Positions 16,606 to 26,264 of a DNA stretch of 32,021 bases are shown piece after piece. Numbering within the stretch: position 1 is the first letter of the stretch; every line of letters starts with the position of its first letter. Source of the DNA: Pseudomonadota bacterium (GTDB lineage Bacteria > Pseudomonadota > Gammaproteobacteria > Burkholderiales > Burkholderiaceae_C). The translations under genes and the position numbers were made by a program. The DNA lies in assembly GCA_021798395.1 (NCBI GenBank), contig JAJZHS010000001.1, positions 1-32,021 of the forward strand. Reading direction: 5' to 3'. The notes beneath the pieces are model-generated. The model did not search any database and had not been told where the DNA came from. It saw only the letters and a program-made list of their open reading frames with translations.

Positions 16606-18798
16606 TCATGCCGACAGCTGCGGTGCCTGGTGCATGCCGTGTCGGCTCACCCGCGCCAGCAGCGTCGGCACGTCGAGAATCAGCGCCACCTCGCCGTTGC
16701 CGAGAATGGTCGATCCGCTGATTCCCTGGAGGTGGGTGAACAGTGCGCCCAGGGGCTTGATGACCGTCTGGTATTCCCCGAGCAGGGCGTCCACCACCAG
16801 CCCGGCGCGCTGCCCGGCCGCCTGGGCGACGACAACGTTGCGGCGCCGGGACGCGGCCTGCTCCAGATCCGACGGCACGCCCAGTGCATCGCGCAGATGC
16901 AGCAGCGGCAGCACTTCGCCGCGCAGGCTGAGATAACCCTGCCGGCGCTCGGTCGGCGCATATTCGAGGCATTCGACCACGGCATCGAGCGGAAGGACAT
17001 AGCTGCGCCCGGCGCTCTGGACCAGGAAGCCGTCGATGATCGCCAGGGTGAGCGGAAGCCGCAGCCGCATCTCGGTGCCCTGGCCGGCGCTGCTGCGGAT
17101 GTCGATCGACCCGCGAATGGCCTCGATGTTGCGTCGCACCACGTCCATTCCGACGCCGCGACCGGACAAATCGGTCACGGCCTCCGCGGTGGAGAACCCC
17201 GGCTCGAAGATCAACGCCCAGACCTCGGCGTCGGGCATCGCCGAGGCCTGTTCGGGCGTGACCAGCCCGCGCTCGACCGCCTTGGCCAGAATGCGGTCGC
17301 GGTTCAGGCCGCCGCCGTCGTCGGCGACGGTGATCAGGATGCTGCCCGAATCGTGGCACGCGGCCAGCCGCAGCGTTCCCTGTGCCGGCTTGCCGCGCGC
17401 GACGCGCAGCTCGGGCGCCTCGATGCCATGGTCGATGGCGTTGCGCACCAGATGCATCAGCGGATCGGCGATGCGCTCGACCAGCGTCTTGTCCATCTCG
17501 GTTTCGGCACCCTCGATCACCAGCGCGATGTCCTTGCCGAGTTCGCGCGACACGTCGCGCACCACGCGCTGGAAGCGGGCGAAGGTCTCGCCGATCTCGA
17601 CCATGCGCAGCTTGAGCGCGCGCTCGCGGATGTCCTCGACGAGCCGGGTGACCTGCGCGGCAGCCTCCACCTGCGCCGCGTTGCGGGCGTGGAGGGCGTT
17701 GCCCGCGCTGGCGATGACCAGTTCGCCCACCAGGTTGATCAGGGCGTCGAGCTTGTCGGCGGCGACACGCAGCATCTGGCTGTCGCGCGATCGCTTGTCC
17801 TTGACCAGCTTTTGCTTCGCCAGCGCCGCATCGACGATGTGCTGGTGGGTCATGCCCTGCTCGACCACGACCTGTCCCAGCGGGGCGTGCGTGCCCTCGG
17901 CGCTTTGCTCCTGCGCCTGGCTGGCGAGCGCGTCGCTCAGCTCCTTCTGGGTCAACGTGCCGACCTGCACCAGGATGTCGCCGAGGCGCATGTCGTCCTC
18001 GGGCAAGGTGCGGACGAGTTCGACATAGTCGGCGATGCGGCTGTGCGCCGGCAGGATGCGGATCAGGCTGTCTTCGCGCACAAAGTCGAACACGGCCTCG
18101 ATCTCCTCCTTGGTCGCGTCGCTGCGGAAGTTGATCTCGAAACCGAGATAGCTGGTCTCCGCGTCCATGGCGTCGAGCGGCGGCAGCGCGTCGGTCAGCG
18201 TGACGAGCCCGGCGATCTCGCCGAGGCCGCGCAGATAGCGGATGAACGACAGCGGGTCCATGCCGTTGCGCAGGCTGTCGGCGCCGAAGCGCAGCGAGAT
18301 GTGCCAGGTCGCCGTCAGCGCGGCGCCCTGCGCGAGCACCGTGACCTGCGGAGCCGCTGTCGCATCGGGCGCGGCCGCGGCGACCAGCGGAGTCGTCGCC
18401 GTCGCTTGCAGCGCGGCGCGCAGGCGCTCGACCAGCGCACGCTCTTCTGCGGTGGCGCCATCGCAGGCGCCGGCTTGCGCGATCTGGTCGATCAATCCCG
18501 CCAGGTGGTCGCGGCCCTGCAACAGAAGCGCGACCACGTCGGAGTCGACGCCGATCTTGTCCGCGCGCATCTGGTCGAGCACGCTTTCGAGATGATGGGT
18601 GAAGCGCACGATCGCGTCGAGGCCGAACAGGCCGGCGGATCCCTTGATGGTGTGCGCAGCGCGGAACAGCGCATTGACGCGCTCGGGATCGGGCTGGGCC
18701 TCGAGTTCCATCAGCCCCTGCTCCATGCTGACGAGCAGTTCCTGCGCCTCGACGATGAACGATTGCAGCGCCTGCTGCATCTGTTGTTCGAAACTCAT
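16606..18798 (-). CDS. cheA: Chemotaxis histidine kinase with MshEN-like insert
   Basis: Hpt [40 protein letters not shown] and [10 protein letters not shown] boxes, C-terminal CheW-like domain. Confidence 0.97.
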   Translation of the reverse strand: MSFEQQMQQALQSFIVEAQELLVSMEQGLMELEAQPDPERVNALFRAAHTIKGSAGLFGLDAIVRFTHHLESVLDQMRADKIGVDSDVVALLLQGRDHLAGLIDQIAQAGACDGATAEERALVERLRAALQATATTPLVAAAAPDATAAPQVTVLAQGAALTATWHISLRFGADSLRNGMDPLSFIRYLRGLGEIAGLVTLTDALPPLDAMDAETSYLGFEINFRSDATKEEIEAVFDFVREDSLIRILPAHSRIADYVELVRTLPEDDMRLGDILVQVGTLTQKELSDALASQAQEQSAEGTHAPLGQVVVEQGMTHQHIVDAALAKQKLVKDKRSRDSQMLRVAADKLDALINLVGELVIASAGNALHARNAAQVEAAAQVTRLVEDIRERALKLRMVEIGETFARFQRVVRDVSRELGKDIALVIEGAETEMDKTLVERIADPLMHLVRNAIDHGIEAPELRVARGKPAQGTLRLAACHDSGSILITVADDGGGLNRDRILAKAVERGLVTPEQASAMPDAEVWALIFEPGFSTAEAVTDLSGRGVGMDVVRRNIEAIRGSIDIRSSAGQGTEMRLRLPLTLAIIDGFLVQSAGRSYVLPLDAVVECLEYAPTERRQGYLSLRGEVLPLLHLRDALGVPSDLEQAASRRRNVVVAQAAGQRAGLVVDALLGEYQTVIKPLGALFTHLQGISGSTILGNGEVALILDVPTLLARVSRHGMHQAPQLSA

Positions 18799-19136
18799 GC
18801 CGGCTCCTGTGCGCGCGCGGGACGGTCGAATTCGACGACCGGGTCGCCGAAGTAGGCGAGCAGGTTGCAGAGCTCCAGCGCCTCGATCACCGTGGCGCTG
18901 TGCGCGGTCAGGCGGAGGATGTGGTCGCGGCTGCTCGCCTGCTGCTTGGCGGCGAGCAGGATCTGCACGCCGGCGGTGTCGATGTCGCCGACGTCGGCGA
19001 GCTGCAGCTCGACCACCGGATGCTGGTCGATCAGTGTCGCCAGGCGCGCACGCACTTCGGCGGCGGCGTAGATGTCGAGGTCGCCCTGCAGCGCGACGCT
19101 GCAGATCGGACCGGCCTGTTGTTCGACCAGTTCCAT
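18795..19136 (-). CDS. STAS-domain protein
   Basis: LQGDLDIY...LQLADVGDIDTAGVQILL, the STAS_2 pattern. Confidence 0.9.
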   Translation of the reverse strand: MELVEQQAGPICSVALQGDLDIYAAAEVRARLATLIDQHPVVELQLADVGDIDTAGVQILLAAKQQASSRDHILRLTAHSATVIEALELCNLLAYFGDPVVEFDRPARAQEPA

Positions 19137-19146
19137 GCGGTTCTCC

Positions 19147-19515
19147 TCAGGGTGCGATGAGCTTGGACACGGCGGCCAGCATCTGCGCCGGCTGGAAGGG
19201 CTTGACCACCCAGGCGCGTGCGCCCGCGGCCTGGCCCTGCGCCTTCTTGTCGTCCTGGCTTTCGGTGGTCAGCATGATGATCGGCGTGAACTTGTAGTCG
19301 GCCTTCTGCTTGATCTCCTTCACCAGGGTGATACCGTCCATGTTGGGCATGTTGACGTCGCTGATGATGAGATGGATCTTGCGACCGTCGAGCTTGCCCA
19401 GCGCATCGACGCCGTCGCAGGCCTCGACCACTTCGTAGCCGGCGCTGCTGAGCGCGATGTTGACGACCTGGCGCAGCGAGGCGGAATCGTCGACGATGAG
19501 GATGGTCTTGGACAT
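19147..19515 (-). CDS. cheY: Single-domain response regulator
   Basis: MSKTILIVDDS, ISDVNMPNMDG, MLTTES and WVVKPF. Confidence 0.95.
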   Translation of the reverse strand: MSKTILIVDDSASLRQVVNIALSSAGYEVVEACDGVDALGKLDGRKIHLIISDVNMPNMDGITLVKEIKQKADYKFTPIIMLTTESQDDKKAQGQAAGARAWVVKPFQPAQMLAAVSKLIAP

Positions 19516-19556
19516 GGTCGTTCGCGTTCTGGATGGTTGCGCGGTTCCCGCGTGGA

Positions 19557-20546
19557 TCAGAAGAAGGTGATGTCGCCGCCGTCCGCGGCCTCGGTGGTGA
19601 GCTGACCGTTGTGCGTCAGATGCTGCTCCTGCGTCGTGTAGCCTTTGGCGATGCGGAGCAGGAAGGCGTCGATGTCGATCTGCGCGCCGGGATCTGAAGC
19701 GCGACGCGCCAGGTACGCCCGGATTTCGGTGACGAGCGCGTCGAGGCTGTCGCGGCTGTGGGAGAGGATCTGGCTGACACGATCCTGGAACTGCAGCGAC
19801 ACCAGCACGTCGCCGATCTCTTCGCGGATTCCGCCGCTTTCCTTCTGCAGCAGGTCGGACGACGTACTCAGCCCGGTGGTGACGTCGCGCAGGCGCGAGA
19901 GCACGCCGTCGATCGACGCCGCCGAACGGTCGACGAACTTCTGCTCCTCGCCGCGCGACTGTTCCGCCGATCGCGTCAGCGTCTGGATCGCGGCGGTGAT
20001 GATGTGCACCTGCTCGCCCATCTTGCGGCCGGTGTCGCGCGATTGTGCCGACAACTTGCGGACCTCGTCGGCGACCACGGCGAAGCCGCGGCCGTTCTCG
20101 CCGGCGCGCGCCGCCTCGATCGCGGCGTTGAGCGCCAGCAGGTTGGTCTTCGCCGCCAATGCAGCGACCTCCGCCGACATCGTTTCCAGCGCCTCGATGT
20201 AGCGGGTCATGCCGAGGACGTCGGCGACCATTGCCGCGCGTTTGTCCAGTGCGGCGCGCAACTCCTCCAGGACCTGCCCGAGCTCGCCTTCGCTGTGCCG
20301 GAACATGGCGACCACGCCTTCGCTGCCGTCCATGCCGGCGGCCGCCTGCTGCGACGCCTTGACGGCGTTTTCCAGGCGCGCGTGCAGGCTGGCGAAGCGC
20401 TGACTGAGCGCGACGATGGCCGACTCCATTTGCGAGCGGCCGGTTTCGATCTGCTGGCCGAGCAGCGGGATCGCCTGCGTGCACAAGGCGTCGATGCGTG
20501 TCGCAGCGTCGTCGGCGAGCAGAGACGGAGGAGGGAACTGGGACAT
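19557..20546 (-). CDS. Cytoplasmic MCP-signalling-domain protein with no TM or obvious sensor
   Basis: [42 protein letters not shown]-terminal DITFF. Confidence 0.9.
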   Translation of the reverse strand: MSQFPPPSLLADDAATRIDALCTQAIPLLGQQIETGRSQMESAIVALSQRFASLHARLENAVKASQQAAAGMDGSEGVVAMFRHSEGELGQVLEELRAALDKRAAMVADVLGMTRYIEALETMSAEVAALAAKTNLLALNAAIEAARAGENGRGFAVVADEVRKLSAQSRDTGRKMGEQVHIITAAIQTLTRSAEQSRGEEQKFVDRSAASIDGVLSRLRDVTTGLSTSSDLLQKESGGIREEIGDVLVSLQFQDRVSQILSHSRDSLDALVTEIRAYLARRASDPGAQIDIDAFLLRIAKGYTTQEQHLTHNGQLTTEAADGGDITFF

Positions 20547-20643
20547 GGCAGGACTCGGAGGAGAGGTCAGGACGACAGCGCGACCAGCTGCCGGGCGGTG
20601 GTTTCGAATTGGTCGATGTCCGCGGTCTATCAGAATATGTATC

Positions 20644-20662
20644 TATTGTTTCATGTAAAAAT
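20644..20662. promoter_or_regulatory. Shared intergenic motif, copy 1
   Basis: TATTGTTTCATGTAAAAAT, 17/19 identical to 24329-24347; adjacent inverted repeat TGACGC-N13-GCGTCA (20662-20686). Confidence 0.5.
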
Positions 20663-20904
20663 GACGCGCTATATTAATAAGCGTCAAAAGAACCTTGATT
20701 TCCCGGTCGTTTTTGCGGGAAGGCTCTGCATGGATCGATCGCCATGACTCGGAAGATATCGCAGAAATTTCCGCCGATTGAGGGCGCGCGCACGGCACAG
20801 CCGCGTGGCGATCGGTGCAGGCTGTCACGGGATGTTCGGGGCCGCGGCAGCCGGCCTCGGCTGGTAACGGGCGAAGGCGCTGCAACCCAGAGGGGCAAGA
20901 CAAC

Positions 20905-21231
20905 ATGAGCAGGAGTTATGCGGAGTTGAGCACCGAGATTGCGCGGCTCACGCGGCAGGCCGACGTTGCGCGTGCGTCCGAACGCACGGCCGTCATTGCC
21001 GCAATCAAGGCGCAGATGGCCGAATACGGCATCACCACCGCCGACCTTCGTCGCGACCAGCACGGCCGCGCCGCGAAACGGACAGGCAGCGTCCCCCGAA
21101 AAAAATATCGCCACCCGGAAACGGGCCAGACATGGTCAGGCCGGGGTAAACGGCCAGCCTGGATCGTTGCAGCCGTCGAGGCCGGGTCGCGGATCGAGGA
21201 ATTCCTGGTGGATTGGCCTGGGGCTTGGTGA
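20905..21231 (+). CDS. hns: H-NS family nucleoid protein
   Basis: Coiled-coil N-terminus, YGIT..DL and KYRHPETGQTWSGRGKRPAW DNA-binding motif. Confidence 0.93.
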   Translation: MSRSYAELSTEIARLTRQADVARASERTAVIAAIKAQMAEYGITTADLRRDQHGRAAKRTGSVPRKKYRHPETGQTWSGRGKRPAWIVAAVEAGSRIEEFLVDWPGAW

Positions 21232-21368
21232 CTGCTGCCGCGATGGAGATCGTCGACGGGGTGCCCGCAAACAGGCAGGGGCCGCCGCGGTGAACGCGGA
21301 TGCGCGCAGCGCGCCCAGCCGCAGCCAAGCGGTCGAAAGCTCGGTTACCGTCTGGTGAACTCTTCACC

Positions 21369-24020
21369 TCACCGAACATGTTTTAGCGCTCCTTTGACAT
21401 GCCCCAATGCAGGGCCTGGGCGGCCGATATGGTAGCCCTGCAGCAGGTCGATGCCCAGCGTTCGCGCTGCCTCGAGCACCTCGGCGCTTTCGACGAACTC
21501 GGCGACGGTGCGGATGCCGAAGTCGGCGGCCAGCGCGGCGACTGAACGCACGATCGCCAGCGACCTCGAGTCGGCCAGCATGTCGGCGACGAACTCTCCC
21601 TCGATCTTGATGATATCGACCGGCAGCCGCTTCAGGTAGCTGAACGACGAAAAGCCCGAACCGAAGTCGTCGATCGCCAGCCGGAAGCCCTCGAGCCGCA
21701 AGTGGCGGGCGAAGCTCTCGAGCAGGGCGAGGTTCTGCACGGTGTCGCGCTCGGTCAGTTCGAACACGATGCGCCCCGGGTCGATGCCGTGGGCGCGCGT
21801 GAGCCGGCGCACGGTCTGGAAGAACTCGCCCGGAACCAGCGCGCGCGGCGAGATGTTGATGAACAGCGTGCCGTCGTAGCCGCTGCGCCGGGCGAGGTCG
21901 AAGGCCTTCTCCATGGTGATCGCGTCGAGCCGGTGGATCACCCCGGCGCGTTCGGCGATCTCGATGAACTGGTCGGCGCCGAGCAGGCGTCCGTCGGGCA
22001 GGCGGATCCGGCTGAGCACTTCGTGCGCGACGATGGCGCCGCTGCGCGCGTCGGCGATCGGCTGGAAGTGCGGCTCCAGCCAGCGCTCGTCGACCGCGCG
22101 CACGATCAGCGCGCTCTGCTCGCCGATCTGGCGGAAGGTCTCGACGACGTCGTCGGCGCTGGGCAGGGTCATGCGGTTCTTGCCCTGCGCCTTGGCCTTG
22201 TACATCATGTTGTCGGCGAACAGGAACAGGTCCTTGGCGCGCGTCGCGTGGTCCGGGTACAGCGCCAGTCCGATCGATGCGGTCGAACGCACCGGGCTGC
22301 CGTCGGCGGCCTCGAGCGCGACGCCGGCGATCGCGCCCAGCACCCGCTGCGCCGCCTCGTAGGGCATCGCGCCGTCGATCTGCGGCAGCACGATGGCGAA
22401 CTCGTCGCCGCCGTAGCGCGCGAAGATGTCGCCCTTGCGCAGCACCGCGTGCACCGCGGGCGCGATCGCCTGCAGCAGGCGGTCGCCGACGGTGTGGCCG
22501 TGGGTGTCGTTGACGTGCTTGAAGTTGTCGAGGTCGACGATGAGCAGCGCGAAGCGCTGCTCGTGGCGCTCGGCGCGCAGGATCTCGTAATCGAGCAGTT
22601 CCCAGAAAATGCGCTGGTTGAAGATCTGGGTCAGCGGGTCGCGGGTGGCGTAGAACTCGAGGTCGCGGGTGTACTTGGAAATCGCCTTGACCGAGCCGAC
22701 GACGTTGAGCAGCGTCGACAGGATCGACTCGGTGATCAGGCTCCGCGTCGGGTCGTGGTGGATTCCGACCTGCACCCCGATTCCGGCGATGCCGCCGATC
22801 TTCGGCGTGTCGACGACCAGCGCCTTGGTGTGCATGTCGATGTCTTCGCGGCCCACCGGCAGCGTCGGCGCCGACACGTCGGCGACGTGGTGGCGCACGC
22901 CGAGCCCGGCGCCGCAGTCGCCGAAGCAGCCCCCCTCCTCCTCGTCCAGCCGGGCGCGCAGCGCCTGCTCGAATTCCTCGCGCGCCTGCGGCGTCGGCGG
23001 GCAGCGCCAGAACACTTCGAGGTCGTGCAGTTCGTCGTCGACCTTGAACACCGAGAACAGCACGTAGACGTCGATCACCTGATTGATGTCGAGCAGCAGC
23101 TGGCGCACGTGCTCGCGCCAGTCGCGCACCATTTCGGAGGTGATGACGAAGCGTTCCAGCAGACTGATTTCGAGCTCCAGCAGCCCCTTGTCGACGGCGA
23201 AGCCGTGCAGCCGCCCGGCGAGCTTGCCGACCTCGCCGACGATGGCGTCGATGTCGGCGAAGCCGGCGCCGGAAGTCGGCTGCTGCAGCCGCTCCAGGTC
23301 GGAGACGCGGTTGACGTCGTCGATGCGGCTGCGTAGGTCGCCGAGCGCGCCGCGCAGCCTGCGGCTCAGCAGCAGCGCGACGAGCAGCGCGGCGGCGATC
23401 GGCAGCGGCGCCAGCCACGCCAGCGTGCGCAGGAAGTTGCGCCGTGCGCGCGACAGCAGCGGAACCAGGTTCTGGCGCACGTCGATCGCGCCCAGCGCCT
23501 GCCCCGGGCGCGCGTCGCTGTGGCAGCCCATGCAGCGGTTGCGCGCCAGCAGCGGATAGACGTAGCGCGCACCGGCCGCGCTGCCGCCTTCCTGCGCCTG
23601 CCCGCTGCGCAGCACCCCGGCGACGACGGGGTCGATCGGCGGCTGCGCGATCGCGCCGTACTCGCGCGCGACGACCGGCGCGCGGTAGATCTGCAGCGTG
23701 TACGGCGTGCCGGCGAAGGCGCTGCGCGTCGACGCGAGGTAGGACTCGAGCTCCGCGCGCGTCCAGCCGCGGCTCATGATCTGGTACATCGACGCGAAGG
23801 TCTGCCGCGCGACCAGCGCGGCAACGTTGTGCGCGTCCTCGTGCACGGTGCGGTCGTACACCGCGGCGACGATCGCGTACATCACCGCCGACAGCAGCAG
23901 CGACAGCGCGACGGCGACGACGATGATGAAACCGGGAATGGTGCGCGCGAATTGCGGCACGAAGCGCGGCCCGAAGCGCGGCCCGAAGCGCGGCATGAAG
24001 CGCGCTGTGCAGGCTTGCAT
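21369..24020 (-). CDS. Membrane-anchored haem-c sensor GGDEF-EAL protein
   Basis: Two TM segments flanking a periplasmic domain with CMGCH (Tll0287/DUF3365-like); RKGD I-site and GGDEF; EVL, DDFGSGFSS, AEFVE and LQGY of the EAL domain. Confidence 0.92.
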   Translation of the reverse strand: MQACTARFMPRFGPRFGPRFVPQFARTIPGFIIVVAVALSLLLSAVMYAIVAAVYDRTVHEDAHNVAALVARQTFASMYQIMSRGWTRAELESYLASTRSAFAGTPYTLQIYRAPVVAREYGAIAQPPIDPVVAGVLRSGQAQEGGSAAGARYVYPLLARNRCMGCHSDARPGQALGAIDVRQNLVPLLSRARRNFLRTLAWLAPLPIAAALLVALLLSRRLRGALGDLRSRIDDVNRVSDLERLQQPTSGAGFADIDAIVGEVGKLAGRLHGFAVDKGLLELEISLLERFVITSEMVRDWREHVRQLLLDINQVIDVYVLFSVFKVDDELHDLEVFWRCPPTPQAREEFEQALRARLDEEEGGCFGDCGAGLGVRHHVADVSAPTLPVGREDIDMHTKALVVDTPKIGGIAGIGVQVGIHHDPTRSLITESILSTLLNVVGSVKAISKYTRDLEFYATRDPLTQIFNQRIFWELLDYEILRAERHEQRFALLIVDLDNFKHVNDTHGHTVGDRLLQAIAPAVHAVLRKGDIFARYGGDEFAIVLPQIDGAMPYEAAQRVLGAIAGVALEAADGSPVRSTASIGLALYPDHATRAKDLFLFADNMMYKAKAQGKNRMTLPSADDVVETFRQIGEQSALIVRAVDERWLEPHFQPIADARSGAIVAHEVLSRIRLPDGRLLGADQFIEIAERAGVIHRLDAITMEKAFDLARRSGYDGTLFINISPRALVPGEFFQTVRRLTRAHGIDPGRIVFELTERDTVQNLALLESFARHLRLEGFRLAIDDFGSGFSSFSYLKRLPVDIIKIEGEFVADMLADSRSLAIVRSVAALAADFGIRTVAEFVESAEVLEAARTLGIDLLQGYHIGRPGPALGHVKGALKHVR
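23949..24004. repeat. 12-bp in-frame tandem repeat, about 4.7 units
   Basis: GAATTGCGGCAC-GAAGCGCGGCCC-GAAGCGCGGCCC-GAAGCGCGGCAT-GAAGCGCG, encoding RFM-PRFG-PRFG-PRFV-PQF. Confidence 0.85.
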
Positions 24021-24328
24021 GTCAGGCGACGCCCGTGGCGCGACCGACTGTCGTCATCGTCTCGATCGGCAGACCGTTGAGCATCGCTTGTCCTTGCAGG
24101 TACATGCTTGACCGCGACCTGCCTATTGCCCCGGCGGCGCTTAAATGAATTTAAATGTAACTTTACGTGCGTATAAATGTATTCTAGTGCCTATTCGTTT
24201 GAACACATTCGCTGCTGGATGCCGCTGGCGGGCGCTCTGGCAAGAGGCTTTGATGCAGGGTAAATGCGCGTTGAACGACCTTTCCCATCTCCGACATAAG
24301 GGTTTTCCCTCGTACCATGAGCGACAGT

Positions 24329-24347
24329 TATAGTTTCATGTGAAAAT
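24329..24347. promoter_or_regulatory. Shared intergenic motif, copy 2
   Basis: TATAGTTTCATGTGAAAAT in the AT-rich divergent region between the GGDEF-EAL and MCP genes. Confidence 0.5.
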
Positions 24348-24460
24348 CATATGTCATGATATTAAACGTCATGAAATGTTGATCCTTCCGCCCGGAAATC
24401 CGACAACACCGGCCACACCCTGGCGTCAAGCGATCACCCCCACCGAACGGAGAAAGCAAC

Positions 24461-26071
24461 ATGCTCGTGAAACGGAAGCTCGGCCTCGCGTTCGCGCTCA
24501 GCGCGTTGATCACCGTCGCGGTCGGCGTGTTTTCCATCACCCGCATCGACAAACTCATCGCCGGCATCGATCAGCTCAACCAGGTCTGGGTTCCCGGCCT
24601 GACGGCCGACAGCAACCTGAACGCCGACTTGATGGACGCACGGCGAACCGAATTCCGGCTGCTCGCCAACGCCAACGCCGGTGGTGGCGCTCTGAACTAT
24701 TCGATCGGCAAGATCCATCACAAGGAAGCCCTGATTCACGATGACTTCGCCCAGATGTACAAGTACGCGGGCACACCGGCGCTGCGCGCCGTCGTCGATA
24801 CCCTGCACGATTCCTGGCGCGTCTATCGCAAGGCCTTGAACACGCAGATCGCCCTGGTCCAGCAAAACCAGCTTCCCCAGGCCATCGCCCTCGCCGACGG
24901 GGCGAACCACACACTGTTCCAGGATTACAACGGGAAGACGGATGCGATGGTTGACTTCATCGGCCGGGCCTCCAAAGCGCTGGTTTCGCAGGAAACCGCC
25001 GCCGCGTCCACGGCCATCCAGTTCACCATCGGCGCGCTCATCGCGGCGGTGCTGGTCGGCACGGTTTTGAGCGTGATGATCGTCCGCGCGATCAACCGGC
25101 CCCTGGCCGAGGCGGTGCACACCGCCGACCGTGTGGCCGCAGGCGACCTGACGGTGGAGGCGACAAGCGACGCCCGCGACGAGTTCGGGCAGTTGCTCAG
25201 GTCCCTGGGCAACATGGTGCACAAGCTTGGCGCAACCATGACGACCATCCGCGAAGCGGCCGAGAACCTGGCTTCGGCTTCCGCGCAGGTCTCGGCCACC
25301 TCGCAGACCCTGTCCCAGGGAGCGTCCCAGCAAGCTTCGTCGGTCGACGAGACTTCAGCCGCGCTGGAGCAGTCCAGCGCCTCGGTGCGCCAAAACGCGG
25401 ACAACGCCCAACAGACCGCGACCATGGCCGAGGACGCGGCCCGGCAGGCTCGCCAGGGCGGCGACGCCGTGGGCAAGACCGTGACCGACATGCAGCGTAT
25501 TGCCGAGCAGATTTCCATCATCGACGACATCGCCTACCAGACCAATATGCTGGCCCTCAACGCGGCCATCGAGGCGGCCCGCGCCGGCGAGCACGGCAAG
25601 GGATTCGCCGTGGTGGCGGCCGAAGTCAGGAAACTGGCCGAGCGCGCACAACTGGCGTCGCGGGAGATCGGCGACCTGGCGCGCACCTCGGTCAAACAGG
25701 CCGAAGGCGCCGGCGATCTGCTGCAGGCCATGGTGCCCGTCATCGCCAAGACCGCCGACCTGGTGGCCGAAATCAACGCCGCCAGCAGCGAGCAGGCCAC
25801 CGGGATCGGTCAGATCAACGACGCCATCGGCCAGATCAGCTCGGCGACCCAGCACAACGCCTCGGCGTCCGAACAGCTGGCGGCCACGGCCGAGGAGATG
25901 AGCGCCCAGGCCCAGCAGTTGCAGGAGACCGTGGCCCAGTTCAAGCTTGCAGGGGGCGCGTCGGGCAAACCCGCCGGCCCGAGGCCAGCGGCGTCGGCGG
26001 GCGTGACCAAGGCCGCCGCCGCGCCCGAACCGCGAATCGCTGCCGCCGCAGCCGAGTTCGTCCGATTCTGA
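24461..26071 (+). CDS. Methyl-accepting chemotaxis protein (4-helix-bundle sensor, HAMP; pentapeptide EFVRF)
   Basis: Two TM segments, HAMP (RDEFGQL), [30 protein letters not shown]; GGAG RBS. Confidence 0.96.
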   Translation: MLVKRKLGLAFALSALITVAVGVFSITRIDKLIAGIDQLNQVWVPGLTADSNLNADLMDARRTEFRLLANANAGGGALNYSIGKIHHKEALIHDDFAQMYKYAGTPALRAVVDTLHDSWRVYRKALNTQIALVQQNQLPQAIALADGANHTLFQDYNGKTDAMVDFIGRASKALVSQETAAASTAIQFTIGALIAAVLVGTVLSVMIVRAINRPLAEAVHTADRVAAGDLTVEATSDARDEFGQLLRSLGNMVHKLGATMTTIREAAENLASASAQVSATSQTLSQGASQQASSVDETSAALEQSSASVRQNADNAQQTATMAEDAARQARQGGDAVGKTVTDMQRIAEQISIIDDIAYQTNMLALNAAIEAARAGEHGKGFAVVAAEVRKLAERAQLASREIGDLARTSVKQAEGAGDLLQAMVPVIAKTADLVAEINAASSEQATGIGQINDAIGQISSATQHNASASEQLAATAEEMSAQAQQLQETVAQFKLAGGASGKPAGPRPAASAGVTKAAAAPEPRIAAAAAEFVRF

Positions 26072-26264
26072 CCCGGTGCCGAGCGCGTTGCGGCAGGTCG
26101 CGCGTGGGGGGACACGTCACGCCCGACCCGTGGATCGACGCGCCTGCTCGGCGTACATGGCGAGACCAGACTGGGTTCTGGCATGCCGGGGGAGGATGAC
26201 GCGACGCACACCGCCACCGATCATCGAGGTCTGACACGAACGGGGCCGGCGTGGCCCCGGCCGT

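Noticed and set aside
20627-20653. Sigma28-like promoter (minus strand TGAA-N15-TCTGATAG) and a similar weak match upstream of 24461
   Set aside because: Too many mismatches to TAAA-N15-GCCGATAA to support.
1434-23418. Many long overlapping ORFs (e.g. 1434..3902-, 4108..6225-, 16411..18855+, 21364..23418-)
   Set aside because: Arg/Ala/Pro-rich shadow frames expected in high-GC DNA; no motifs, and they overlap well-supported genes.
15360-25680. Inverted nucleotide similarity between the two membrane MCP genes
   Set aside because: Ordinary conservation of the MCP signalling hairpin with many synonymous differences; not element ends.
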